A stretch of 64,000 bases of DNA from contig JAFULN010000018.1 in the NCBI GenBank assembly GCA_017473335.1, positions 557 to 64,556 of the forward strand. Reading direction: 5' to 3'. Under the pieces are notes generated by a model, which was not told where the DNA came from, did not search any database, and saw only the letters and a program-made list of their open reading frames with translations. The DNA comes from Erysipelotrichaceae bacterium (GTDB lineage: Bacteria; Bacillota_I; Bacilli_A; Erysipelotrichales; Erysipelotrichaceae). The first letter of the stretch is position 1. The number at the start of each line of letters is the position of its first letter. Both the position numbers and the translations under genes were made by a program. This document shows positions 37,001 through 46,192 of this stretch, piece by piece.

Positions 37001-37444
37001 CTATTTTTCTAACAAGTGCACATTAATTGTGCCAATCACATCTTTATACAGTTCAACTCTAACTTTTGTTACACCAAGTGAACCTATTGGCGAAGTATCA
37101 AGAATCTTTCTTTTATCAATCTGAATTCCCTGTTTTCTCAGTTCTTCAGCAATCTGTTTTGTAGAAACTGAACCAAACACACGTCCTTCTTTACCGCTTT
37201 TTACATGAAAACGCAATGTTAATGTTTCCAGTTTTTTTGCGATTTCTTCTGCCTTCGCTTTCTTTTCCTGTTCATTCAGCGCTTCCTGTACTTTCTGCTG
37301 ATCCAGAACTTTCTGTGATCCTGCAGTTGCCTGTACAGCATATCCGCCTCGAATCAAATAATTACGTCCGTAGCCATCTGCTACTTCTACAATTTCACCT
37401 TTTTTACCAACTTTTTTCACATCAGCCAACATGATGACTTTCAT
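37001..37444 (-). CDS. rplI: 50S ribosomal protein L9
   Basis: MKVIMLADVKKVGKKGEIVEVADGYGRNYL. The ATG at 37444 is used rather than the 9-codon upstream extension. Confidence 0.95.
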   Translation of the reverse strand: MKVIMLADVKKVGKKGEIVEVADGYGRNYLIRGGYAVQATAGSQKVLDQQKVQEALNEQEKKAKAEEIAKKLETLTLRFHVKSGKEGRVFGSVSTKQIAEELRKQGIQIDKRKILDTSPIGSLGVTKVRVELYKDVIGTINVHLLEK

Positions 37445-39407
37445 TTTCCTTGACCTCCATAAAATAATCATCCAAAGTTCTAATCAATTCAGATTTTAAT
37501 TCCTGAACTGAAGAATGTTCTCTCTGCAAAGCCGCAGCTGTAAAGTGTCCGCCGCCTTTCATACGTTCCATAATCACCTGAACGTTAATATTTCCCTTGC
37601 TTCGAGAAGAAATCGCATACGCTCCATCCAGTGTTTTAGAGATGACAAACACAGCTTCCACTTCCTGCACTTTCAAAATTGAATCTGCAGCCTGTGACAT
37701 AATAGAACGGCTTGTTGCTTCACTTTCTGCAACTGCTGCGATAATAACACCATTATCCCTTTTTTCACAATATTTTGTAATTGTATTTTTCATTTCAAAT
37801 GTTGAATAATCGTCTTTTAGATACTGATCGGCAAGAATTGGATCTGCACCCCATTTACGAATCATGCTTGCAGCATCAAATGTACGCACGCCTGTACGCA
37901 CAGTAAATCTTTGCGTGTCAATCAGCATACCACCCAGCATAATTGTTGCCTCAACATCATCAATTTCAATATGATTGCTTAAATAAGGTACAAACTCAGC
38001 CACTAATTCTGAACTGCTGGAAGCACTTGCTTCAATATAAATCAAAATTGGATCTACTGATAAATCTGCGCTTCTGCGGTGATGGTCAAAAATAGCCACT
38101 TTCTTAGCACGCTCAAGCACATTAGCACCATTGCTTGTCTGAGGTTTATGATGATCCACCATAATCACCAACGTTTCATCACGAAGCTGATTCAGTGCCT
38201 CTGATTCAGTTACAAAACGATGACGTTCATTTAAATGCTCTGCATTTTGTTTCATAGCAGCGCTTAGCTTCGCCTCAACGCCGCCAGTTTTAGAAATAAT
38301 GCAGCACTGGCGGTTATAAGCCTGAACAATACGGCTCATACACATTGCAGAGCCTATACAGTCAAAATCCGCTTCTCTATGCCCACAGATAATCACATTG
38401 CTGGACTTCAAAATCAATTCACGCAATGTATTTGCCATAATACGCACACGAACACGAGAACGCTTTTCATGTGCTTCTGAACCTCCGCCATAAAACTTAA
38501 CATCTTCACCTTTTTTCTTAATGACTACCTGGTCACCACCACGTGTCTGAGCAAGTTCCAGCAAGCTGTTTACCATTTCATCCAGCTCATTAAAATCACT
38601 CGTTCCACGCGCAAAAGCCATTGATAATGTAATTGAAATATCCATGTCAGCACTTGTTCTTCGAGTATCACGCACAATTGAAAAACGATTGGCTGCAATC
38701 TTTTCAAAAATATCTTCATTCAGTACAATAAAGAATCTATCAGAACGCAATCTTTTCATCAAAATTCCATTTTCTTTGCACCAGTCTACAATCGGCTGAC
38801 GTATGCGCGTATTAATCTGTGATGTTTCCTGTTCATCTGCATACTGTGTTGTTTCATTATAATTATCCAGATGAATCAAACCAATCACAACATGATCATT
38901 GTCATAGGCACGCTGAAGCTCAACTGAAGTTGTCACATCGACAAAAAACAAAATCTGTGCTTCATCTTTACGTGTAATTTCGTACCAGCGATCATCAATC
39001 TTCACATGAACTTTTTCTCTTTCTCCCTGAAACAAATCATTTACTTCAGGCAGCCATAAAAGAAGCTTCTTAGAAATACGATTAATACCTCTTTCATCAA
39101 AAAGCTCACTCATCCATGTAATAACATAATCTGCATCATATGTCAAAATACCAATTTCTCCAGCCAAGAATGCAGAAGCAGCTTCTGTTCCCAGTAAATC
39201 AGAAATCTTATAGGCACGGTTAGTTGTATCCTCCTGATACTGAAACAGCACATAATAAATCATCACTGCATTCACTAAAACAAGAATCAGCGGCAAAATA
39301 AAACTGAGCTGTAAAAACAGACGGAGCAAGACAAGCAGAAGGATTTCCAGCAGCACTGCGCCAGCTAGAAGAAGTTTGAATCGGTTGAACTTTTTATTCA
39401 TCGTCAT
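37422..39407 (-). CDS. gdpP: GdpP-type cyclic-di-AMP phosphodiesterase (2 TM, PAS, degenerate GGDEF, DHH/DHHA1)
   Basis: Two N-terminal TM segments, DHH motifs (GHREADFD, VDHH) and GGGH. Synteny yybS-gdpP-rplI-dnaB. Confidence 0.9.
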   Translation of the reverse strand: MTMNKKFNRFKLLLAGAVLLEILLLVLLRLFLQLSFILPLILVLVNAVMIYYVLFQYQEDTTNRAYKISDLLGTEAASAFLAGEIGILTYDADYVITWMSELFDERGINRISKKLLLWLPEVNDLFQGEREKVHVKIDDRWYEITRKDEAQILFFVDVTTSVELQRAYDNDHVVIGLIHLDNYNETTQYADEQETSQINTRIRQPIVDWCKENGILMKRLRSDRFFIVLNEDIFEKIAANRFSIVRDTRRTSADMDISITLSMAFARGTSDFNELDEMVNSLLELAQTRGGDQVVIKKKGEDVKFYGGGSEAHEKRSRVRVRIMANTLRELILKSSNVIICGHREADFDCIGSAMCMSRIVQAYNRQCCIISKTGGVEAKLSAAMKQNAEHLNERHRFVTESEALNQLRDETLVIMVDHHKPQTSNGANVLERAKKVAIFDHHRRSADLSVDPILIYIEASASSSSELVAEFVPYLSNHIEIDDVEATIMLGGMLIDTQRFTVRTGVRTFDAASMIRKWGADPILADQYLKDDYSTFEMKNTITKYCEKRDNGVIIAAVAESEATSRSIMSQAADSILKVQEVEAVFVISKTLDGAYAISSRSKGNINVQVIMERMKGGGHFTAAALQREHSSVQELKSELIRTLDDYFMEVKENESHHVG

Positions 39408-40320
39408 CCCTCCTCAAAATAATTTCTTTGAAATCGGTTGAAACATAGTAAAACCCGAAAATTGCCAATACATGCAGCGCAACACTCATAAACAGGAAGC
39501 ACGTTAAAATCAGCATAAACGAGATATTCTTTTTATATTTTACCATTCCCCATACCAGACATGCAACATATCCGTAAACATCTAGAATTCCCATGCCAAT
39601 CATGCCTACTGCCATGATAATAAGCTGCACATTTTCATCCACTGGAAGACGATTTGAAAACACAAACAAAAGATATCCCGCAAGACACACAAACCCTGCC
39701 CAGCGAGGCATAGTCCATTGACTTAATGGTTTAAATGGATGTACATCAATCTTCATTCTTTTTAACAAAGCATTTGACAGAAGATGCACCAAAAATCCTT
39801 CCAGTACACCTGTCAGAACAATACTCATCACAATGATCATCATAATAAACTTGTCTAGATTCATCACAACAGAGTTTATCGCATCACCCATGTACATATC
39901 CAGTGCATCTTTAATCAACGCTGCTTCTTCCACAATACTGTATCCAAAAAAGGAAGCCAGCACCAGACATGAAAGTATCTCAGTCACAATCGTCAAAAGC
40001 ATTGTTACTATAATTAAGACTCCATTTTTTGCTTTTTTGTGCACCAAAGCACCATAAGCAGTCCCTACACTCACAGACATCAGTGCAAAAAAGATTCCTG
40101 TAGGAGATGCAATCATCAATGTCAGAAAAAGAATCGAAACTGCTGCAACAAGACAATTTTTAAAACCATATTTAGCACCATAGAGCGCAATTGGAATAGG
40201 AAGCACAAACAAATAATACATTTCAAACATTCCTGCCAATTGACGGTCCAGCATTAATACAGCGCCAAAAAGAGCACACATCATAGCACCTTCAGTTAAT
40301 TTTCTTACCTGATGATTCAT
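39394..40320 (-). CDS. yybS: YybS-family (DUF2232) membrane protein
   Basis: Polytopic. Located directly upstream of gdpP. Confidence 0.75.
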   Translation of the reverse strand: MNHQVRKLTEGAMMCALFGAVLMLDRQLAGMFEMYYLFVLPIPIALYGAKYGFKNCLVAAVSILFLTLMIASPTGIFFALMSVSVGTAYGALVHKKAKNGVLIIVTMLLTIVTEILSCLVLASFFGYSIVEEAALIKDALDMYMGDAINSVVMNLDKFIMMIIVMSIVLTGVLEGFLVHLLSNALLKRMKIDVHPFKPLSQWTMPRWAGFVCLAGYLLFVFSNRLPVDENVQLIIMAVGMIGMGILDVYGYVACLVWGMVKYKKNISFMLILTCFLFMSVALHVLAIFGFYYVSTDFKEIILRRDDDE

Positions 40321-40399
40321 AAAAGATCTCTCCTGTCATCTTTATGTATTCATTGAATTATACCACAAATTCATGGAGTTTTTGTGTTTAATCAATAAA

Positions 40400-40433
40400 A
40401 TAGAAAAAAGCCTCTATCTTATGATAGAGGCTT
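40400..40433 (-). terminator. Rho-independent terminator after rpsR
   Basis: AAGCCTCTATC / GATAGAGGCTT stem followed by TTTTTT on the minus strand. Confidence 0.85.
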
Positions 40434-40442
40434 ACGTTCGAA

Positions 40443-40673
40443 TTAGTCGTTAACGTAAGGCAATAAAGCCATCTGACGCGCACGCTTAATTGCAGTAGCA
40501 AGCATACGCTGATATTTAGCGCGTGTTCCAGTAACACGACGTGGAATAATCTTTCCATTAGCTGATACAAAACGCTTCAGCAATTCAACATCTTTATAGT
40601 CGATGGTTTTAATGTCATTCTTTGTGAAGTAGCAAACTTTCTTGCGACCCATTCTCTGTTTTTTGAATGCCAT
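40443..40673 (-). CDS. rpsR: 30S ribosomal protein S18
   Basis: 76 aa. IDYKDV..LKRF and RRVTGT..KYQR motifs. Confidence 0.95.
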   Translation of the reverse strand: MAFKKQRMGRKKVCYFTKNDIKTIDYKDVELLKRFVSANGKIIPRRVTGTRAKYQRMLATAIKRARQMALLPYVND

Positions 40674-40692
40674 GACTTCGGGCTCCTTTCAT

Positions 40693-41196
40693 TTAAAATG
40701 GTAAATCATCACTGGAAATATCCAGTGTAGGTCCAGCACTAAATCCTTCAAAGCCATAATCAGGTTCATATCCTGTATTCTGCGGCTGTGAATAAGAATT
40801 GCTGGAATAGCTGTTTGAATAATTGTTCTGCGGCGCTGCATTATATCCTGCATCTTGACGATGAGTCGCAGTCACTGCCTTAGATTCCAACAGCTGTACG
40901 GAATCAGCTACCACTTCAGTAACGTATACACGCTTGCCAGATGCATCATCATAGCTGCGTGACTGAATACGTCCTTCAACACCCACCAGACTTCCTTTAG
41001 CTGCATACTGAGCCAGGAAATCGGCTGTCTGACGCCATGCAACACAGTTGATGAAGTCAGCCCCCTGGTCCTGATTCTGTCCGGAAAAACGACGATTGCA
41101 GGCAACTGTGAAACTTGCCACAGATGTACCTGTTCCAGTCTTTCGTAAATTGATTTCTCTTGTCAGTCGTCCAACAAGCACAACTCGGTTAATCAT
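40693..41196 (-). CDS. ssb: Single-stranded DNA-binding protein
   Basis: MINRVVLVGRLT OB-fold start, Gln/Asn/Ser-rich linker, acidic tail DDLPF. Confidence 0.95.
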   Translation of the reverse strand: MINRVVLVGRLTREINLRKTGTGTSVASFTVACNRRFSGQNQDQGADFINCVAWRQTADFLAQYAAKGSLVGVEGRIQSRSYDDASGKRVYVTEVVADSVQLLESKAVTATHRQDAGYNAAPQNNYSNSYSSNSYSQPQNTGYEPDYGFEGFSAGPTLDISSDDLPF

Positions 41197-41209
41197 TGGA
41201 TCACCTCAA

Positions 41210-41497
41210 TTATGCTTCCTGTTTGATTGTCAGGAATCGAACGACACTTCTGTTAATGCGCATCAAACGTGTAAATTCGCTCAGTGCTGCATTGTTAGCT
41301 TCAAATGTAGTAACTACATAGTAGCCTTTAGTCATGTTTTCGATTTCGTAAGCAAATTCCTTAACGCCCCATTCGTCAACCTTAACGATTGTACCACCGT
41401 TATTAGTGATGATTGAGTGGATGTTTTCAATTTCAGCCTGACGTGCTGCGTCATCCATTGATGCGTTAAGAATGTACATTACTTCGTACTTTCTCAT
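41210..41497 (-). CDS. rpsF: 30S ribosomal protein S6
   Basis: MRKYEVMYIL start, 95 aa, rpsF-ssb-rpsR order. Confidence 0.95.
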   Translation of the reverse strand: MRKYEVMYILNASMDDAARQAEIENIHSIITNNGGTIVKVDEWGVKEFAYEIENMTKGYYVVTTFEANNAALSEFTRLMRINRSVVRFLTIKQEA

Positions 41498-41590
41498 TCT
41501 TGTGCACCTCCTTGTGGTCTATGGCTTATCTTAGATAAGCAAGGGGGCAGATATCTTTCGATATCACCCGTGATTACTAGTTTAACAAAA
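41498..41590 (-). promoter_or_regulatory. Structured 5' leader of rpsF (candidate S6:S18 autoregulatory leader)
   Basis: Two hairpins in the UTR: GATATC-N4-GATATC (41550-41565) and GCTTATC-N3-GATAAGC (41524-41540), just upstream of the AAGGAGG SD. Confidence 0.4.
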
Positions 41591-41640
41591 TATTCCCCTT
41601 TTGTAAACGATTATTTTCATCTTTTTATCCCTTTTTTTCA

Positions 41641-42942
41641 TCAATATTTGGCAGTCAAAAAGATTGAGATCAATGAGCTGATCAATAGGAAAAAAGGATA
41701 GAAAAGCAGTGGCATAATGTCAAATGCAGAGACTAGAATTCCCATTTCAGCAGCACATGAAACTGCTACCAGCATCTGTGCTCCATATGGAATCACACCT
41801 TGAAAAATACAAGAGAATGTATCCAAAAGACAAGCAGCTTTCTGTGGTGCAATACCATATTCATTTGAAATTTCTTTTGCGATTGGATTTGAAATCACTA
41901 TCGCAACCGTATTGTTGGCAGTCGCAATATCCATAAGACCTACCAGTAAACCAATCCCAATCTGCCCACCTTTAGGACCTTTAAACAGCTTACGAATCAC
42001 TGACAGAATCGCATCAAATCCTCCATGTTCTTTGATCAGTTCACACAGTGCTCCAACCAAAATCGCAACCATGGATGTTTCAAACATTCCAGAAGCACCT
42101 GAACCCATATTTCCTATCAGTTCAATTAAAGTACATTGACCACTCAAAAGCATAATCAAAGACCCTGATGCAACACCCGCCAAAAGCACAACAAACACAT
42201 TAATTCCAATTGCACCACCAGCTAAAACCAGTGCATATGGGAACATTTGCAATAACTGATAGCTGCCAGTAATTTCTGCGGGAGTCTGTTTTGCAGTCAT
42301 AAATCCTACAACTGCTACCGTTGCCAGTGCTGCAGTCAGTGCAATCTTAAAGTTTCCTCTGAACTTAGCTTTCATTTCGCATCCCTGACCATTGCATGCA
42401 GCAATCGTTGTATCTGAAATAAAGGAAAGATTATCACCAAACATGGAGCCACCAATCACCGTCGCAATGCACAAAGCAGGATCAAAAGATGATACTGCTG
42501 CAATTTCAATCGCAATCGGTGTTAATAGAGTAATTGTTCCAACAGATGTTCCCATTGCAGTTGATACAAAACAAGCAACTACAAACAGTACAATCACTGC
42601 AAACTGTGCAGGAATGATTGAAAGCATGAAATATGCAACACTCTGTGCACTGCTTCTTCCAACCACACCAACAAATGTACCTGCCACCAAAAAAATCAGC
42701 AGCATCGTCAAAATATCCTTGTTTCCAGCACCTTTTGCCATCAAATTTAGCTTGTCATCAAAAGAAACGCTTCGATTCTGTAAACATGCAGTCAAAATCG
42801 CAGCCAAAAACGCCGTCACAATAGGCACCTGATAAAAACCCATTGGAATCTTTAAAACATATTCAAATGTTAATCCTAATCCTAAATATAGAATCAAAAA
42901 TACACCAATTGGCAAAAGCGCCCACATATTCCCTTTTTTCAT
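41641..42942 (-). CDS. NhaC-family Na+/H+ antiporter-like membrane transporter
   Basis: About 12 TM segments with a Gly/Ala-rich NhaC-like pattern. The start is placed at the ATG after GAGGGAAAAGG. Confidence 0.6.
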   Translation of the reverse strand: MKKGNMWALLPIGVFLILYLGLGLTFEYVLKIPMGFYQVPIVTAFLAAILTACLQNRSVSFDDKLNLMAKGAGNKDILTMLLIFLVAGTFVGVVGRSSAQSVAYFMLSIIPAQFAVIVLFVVACFVSTAMGTSVGTITLLTPIAIEIAAVSSFDPALCIATVIGGSMFGDNLSFISDTTIAACNGQGCEMKAKFRGNFKIALTAALATVAVVGFMTAKQTPAEITGSYQLLQMFPYALVLAGGAIGINVFVVLLAGVASGSLIMLLSGQCTLIELIGNMGSGASGMFETSMVAILVGALCELIKEHGGFDAILSVIRKLFKGPKGGQIGIGLLVGLMDIATANNTVAIVISNPIAKEISNEYGIAPQKAACLLDTFSCIFQGVIPYGAQMLVAVSCAAEMGILVSAFDIMPLLFYPFFLLISSLISIFLTAKY

Positions 42943-43062
42943 AACCTTTTCCCTCATATATCTTTATAACAATTAATTATATCTTAATTTATTGTGTTAT
43001 TAAATATGTGTTTCATAGATTCAATGATTTTTATTGTTCCTTATCTCTGTTTATTAAACATA

Positions 43063-43088
43063 GAAAAAGGATGGCATTTGCCATCCTT
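43063..43088 (-). terminator. Rho-independent terminator after the rhodanese lipoprotein gene
   Basis: AAGGATGGC / GCCATCCTT stem followed by TTTTT on the minus strand. Confidence 0.75.
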
Positions 43089-43108
43089 AAATCTTCAGTT
43101 AAGAATAA

Positions 43109-43792
43109 TTATTCAGCAACTGGAGTCAAGCCTTCGAAGCTATAAGTAGCATCCAGCTTCATTTCAGCTGGGTTGCTAGTAACAGCTACCAGTTCATCGC
43201 TTGTGAACTGACCCATACCGCCAACGTTGTAGATCTTGCTAGTATCCCATCCCAGAGCTTCCAGCAGCTGGATGCACTTAGCAACACGTCCGCCAGACTG
43301 GCACATTAAGAAGATTGTAGCATCTTTAGGGAACAGAACTTCCATAATTTCAACAGATTCTTCATATGCAGCAACTGGAGCAGTTACATCACCGCTGAAC
43401 AGCTGTCCTGCATCACCATAAATGTATGCGAAATAAGGAATAACTTCAAAGTTTCTCAGGTGCTTTCCACCAAAGTCAGCATAGTCACGCAAATCGATGT
43501 ACAGAACATCATCGCGGTTCAGATATTCATGCAGGTTAGAAGCATTGATTGAAGAGCAGCCAGCGCTGTAGTTACCAGCTTCGCAAGCAACTTCCTTTTC
43601 TTCAGCGTTCTTGTAAGTCTTAGTAGTGTCAACTGGAGCTGGCAGTTCAGCAGGTGCTGCAACATAGCCATTTTCAAGAGGGTTCTTTACCCAACCTTCA
43701 GCCATCAGTTCTTCGTCAGTTTTCTGTGCAGGTGCACTTGAGCAGCCAGCCAGCACCAGCAGTGCAGCCAGCAAAGCGATTAATTTTTTCAT
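43109..43792 (-). CDS. Extracytoplasmic rhodanese-domain lipoprotein (catalytic Cys present)
   Basis: Lipobox LAGCSS. Rhodanese fold with active-site loop CQSGGR encoded at 43286-43303. Confidence 0.8.
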   Translation of the reverse strand: MKKLIALLAALLVLAGCSSAPAQKTDEELMAEGWVKNPLENGYVAAPAELPAPVDTTKTYKNAEEKEVACEAGNYSAGCSSINASNLHEYLNRDDVLYIDLRDYADFGGKHLRNFEVIPYFAYIYGDAGQLFSGDVTAPVAAYEESVEIMEVLFPKDATIFLMCQSGGRVAKCIQLLEALGWDTSKIYNVGGMGQFTSDELVAVTSNPAEMKLDATYSFEGLTPVAE

Positions 43793-43813
43793 ATTTATGT
43801 TTCTCCTTTTTTG

Positions 43814-44782
43814 TTATTTGTTAAAGAATTTGTCTGTTCCGTGGTACTCAAACAGAGCGTTGAGCATACGGATAATGTTGTTTGTAGATACAGATGAACC
43901 TGTGAATGTATCAAGTGAATACCCTTCACGTCCTTCACCGGCAGAATAATCTTCAGCAGCGATATCATCCACAAAATTCAAAGTGCTGATATAGCCATAA
44001 TTCTTATCGATGAAGTAAGAAATGTATTCTTCCTTAATCTGTTCATAAGTATGTCCTGCTGGTGTAGGATTTGAGTCTCCCCAGTATCCGGCCAGATAAT
44101 GTCCATTAGGACCATCATAGTCAAATGACAGAACTTTTACTTCTGAATCTTCCAGTTTTCCGCTTTCTGGCAGTGTCAATTCAACATAAGCAGTCATCCA
44201 GTAGTTTACATCTGCGCTTCGGCATGTGCATGACAGATAAGTAATCTGATACTTGATATACTTGCGTGCTGTATATTTGTAATTGACAAATGCATAAAAG
44301 TCATGTTCATCTCTTGGACCATTGACATGATTGATAGGAATCAGTGCTACAGCATTCGCAACAGTACCTTCACCCATATCTGCACTAGTGTTCAAGAATT
44401 CATTGATGCTGTCCAATGTCAGTGTTTCGCATCCGCCAGCTTCAGCGCTTACCAAGCCAGCCTCAACCATTGCAGCTTTTGCAGCTTTCTTAATTGAAGT
44501 ACTAGTAATAGTAGCACCAGAAACTGCATCTACATCATAAGTCTGTGCATCAACGATCATCTGAGGCATCTGTTCAATTGCATTTGTACCAACACCCTTT
44601 GTTTCTCCATCACCAGTAATAGCTACGTTAGTGATCTTACCATCAGCTACATCTAAAGTAACAGTAACATCGCCGCCATAACCTTTTTCAGTTGCAGAGA
44701 ACTGATCAGCTGCTGGAGCACTTGAACAAGCTGTCATTGCCAACATTGCAAGAACTCCTGCAAGAACTAACAGTTTTTTCAT
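43814..44782 (-). CDS. FMN_bind-domain lipoprotein with an uncharacterised C-terminal region
   Basis: Lipobox AMTACSS. Canonical flavinylation motif DAVSGATITS at 44501-44530. Start ATG at 44782 after GGAAGGAAGAAAGGAA. Confidence 0.8.
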   Translation of the reverse strand: MKKLLVLAGVLAMLAMTACSSAPAADQFSATEKGYGGDVTVTLDVADGKITNVAITGDGETKGVGTNAIEQMPQMIVDAQTYDVDAVSGATITSTSIKKAAKAAMVEAGLVSAEAGGCETLTLDSINEFLNTSADMGEGTVANAVALIPINHVNGPRDEHDFYAFVNYKYTARKYIKYQITYLSCTCRSADVNYWMTAYVELTLPESGKLEDSEVKVLSFDYDGPNGHYLAGYWGDSNPTPAGHTYEQIKEEYISYFIDKNYGYISTLNFVDDIAAEDYSAGEGREGYSLDTFTGSSVSTNNIIRMLNALFEYHGTDKFFNK

Positions 44783-44816
44783 TTCCTTTCTTCCTTCCTT
44801 TCCCTTCGCTAATCTT

Positions 44817-44844
44817 TTGACAAGTATAGCATCTTTATTATAAT
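44817..44844 (+). promoter_or_regulatory. Near-consensus sigma-A promoter for the apbE operon
   Basis: TTGACA (44817-44822), 16 nt, TATAAT (44839-44844). Confidence 0.6.
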
Positions 44845-44938
44845 ATTTACCTAAAGGTTTTTTCAATATAAAAAATCTTAATTTTAAGACATATGTCAAC
44901 AAATATTTATCATATATCAGTAAAAAGAAAGGAAAATT

Positions 44939-46192
44939 ATGAAAAAAATCTTTCTAGTTCTATCCCTGTTTTTATTATCTGCATGCATGCATGCACAAAA
45001 CCCAAATACAGATTCTCCTGTTGAGACTCAAAAACCCACACCGCTTCCAGATGTGAGCTATGATCAGGATCCTGTCTCCTATTATATGGATCCTGTTGAA
45101 GATATTATGGAAGAGTATATTCCAATGATGAATACCATGGTTAAACTTACTGTCTATCAAGGAGATGCAGAATTACTCTACAATGAAGCCTATGCCATCA
45201 TGTCCAAATATCATAAGCTGCTTGACAGTCATCACATCTATCGTGATGAGGAAGACAACATCATTCAAAACATCAAGCTCATCAATGACAGCTATGGAAC
45301 TGGAGCATCACTTCCTGTTACTGATGAAATGATTGAAGCGCTGGAAGAAGCTATCAACATGTCAAAACTGTCTTGTGGATATTTTAATCCATTTATGGGA
45401 TCACTCATTGATTTATGGTCTCCTAAATTCTCTGCTTTTCCAATCGAAAATACTGATCCATCCGATGAAGAAATAAACAAAGCGAAAGCTTGTGTTCCTT
45501 CTATTGAACAGTTTGATGAAATTCTGTTCATTGACAAAGAAAACAAAACCATTACCTTTCATCAGCTAGAAGGATGTACGGGAAGTGTTTCTATTAATTT
45601 AGGAGCTTTTTCAAAAGGATACATCGTGGACAAGGTAGATGAAAAACTTTCGTCCTATGACGCTGTTTGGCTGCTAGATGCAGGAACCTCAACTGTAACT
45701 GGTCATGATCCACAAGGGCAAAAAACATGGAATGCAGGAGCACGTTCCCCTTACAACAAAGCCGCTTACATGTATGTCCTTCAGCTAAGAAACAATGACA
45801 GTTTCTCTACTTCAGGCGATGACAACAGCTACTTTATTTTAAACAACGGCAATGACACAACAACTATACGCTGTCATATCCTCAATCCATTTACTGGAGT
45901 CAGTGAATCTACTTATCGCAGTGCATCTGTTCTAACACAAGATCATGCCGCTATATCAGATGTACTATCAACTGTTATGTTTACAATCTCAGATAAAAAT
46001 GAAGCCTTTGAAATTATTGATGCCTTTGAAAAAGCATATGATACAGACATTTCAGTATCCTGGGTACGTGAAACTGACACTGAATTTAAACTTGCTGCCA
46101 TTGAAACAACACAAGCTATTTACGAAAGAATTCTTGAAGAAACTGTGATGGATTCCGTTGAAAACATCATTCTCATGGAGGAGCCAAAATGA
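44939..46192 (+). CDS. apbE: FAD:protein FMN transferase (ApbE-family) lipoprotein
   Basis: Lipobox LLSACM. ApbE motifs GYFNPFMGSLIDLW, GAFSKGYIVD, STSGD and CHILNPFTG. Confidence 0.85.
   Translation: MKKIFLVLSLFLLSACMHAQNPNTDSPVETQKPTPLPDVSYDQDPVSYYMDPVEDIMEEYIPMMNTMVKLTVYQGDAELLYNEAYAIMSKYHKLLDSHHIYRDEEDNIIQNIKLINDSYGTGASLPVTDEMIEALEEAINMSKLSCGYFNPFMGSLIDLWSPKFSAFPIENTDPSDEEINKAKACVPSIEQFDEILFIDKENKTITFHQLEGCTGSVSINLGAFSKGYIVDKVDEKLSSYDAVWLLDAGTSTVTGHDPQGQKTWNAGARSPYNKAAYMYVLQLRNNDSFSTSGDDNSYFILNNGNDTTTIRCHILNPFTGVSESTYRSASVLTQDHAAISDVLSTVMFTISDKNEAFEIIDAFEKAYDTDISVSWVRETDTEFKLAAIETTQAIYERILEETVMDSVENIILMEEPK

Noticed and set aside
37445-37471. 9-codon extension of rplI
   Set aside because: L9 proteins begin MKVI.L. 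The extension lies inside the gdpP coding end and has no SD.
40388-41416. ORFs 40388-40570, 40908-41105 and 41096-41416 overlapping rpsR, ssb and rpsF
   Set aside because: These are alternative or antisense frames of highly conserved ribosomal and SSB genes. One also spans the rpsR terminator.
44783-44902. 40-codon extension upstream of the FMN_bind lipoprotein start
   Set aside because: The signal peptide with its lipobox begins at the ATG at 44782, which follows a long purine-rich SD. The extension covers the divergent promoter region.
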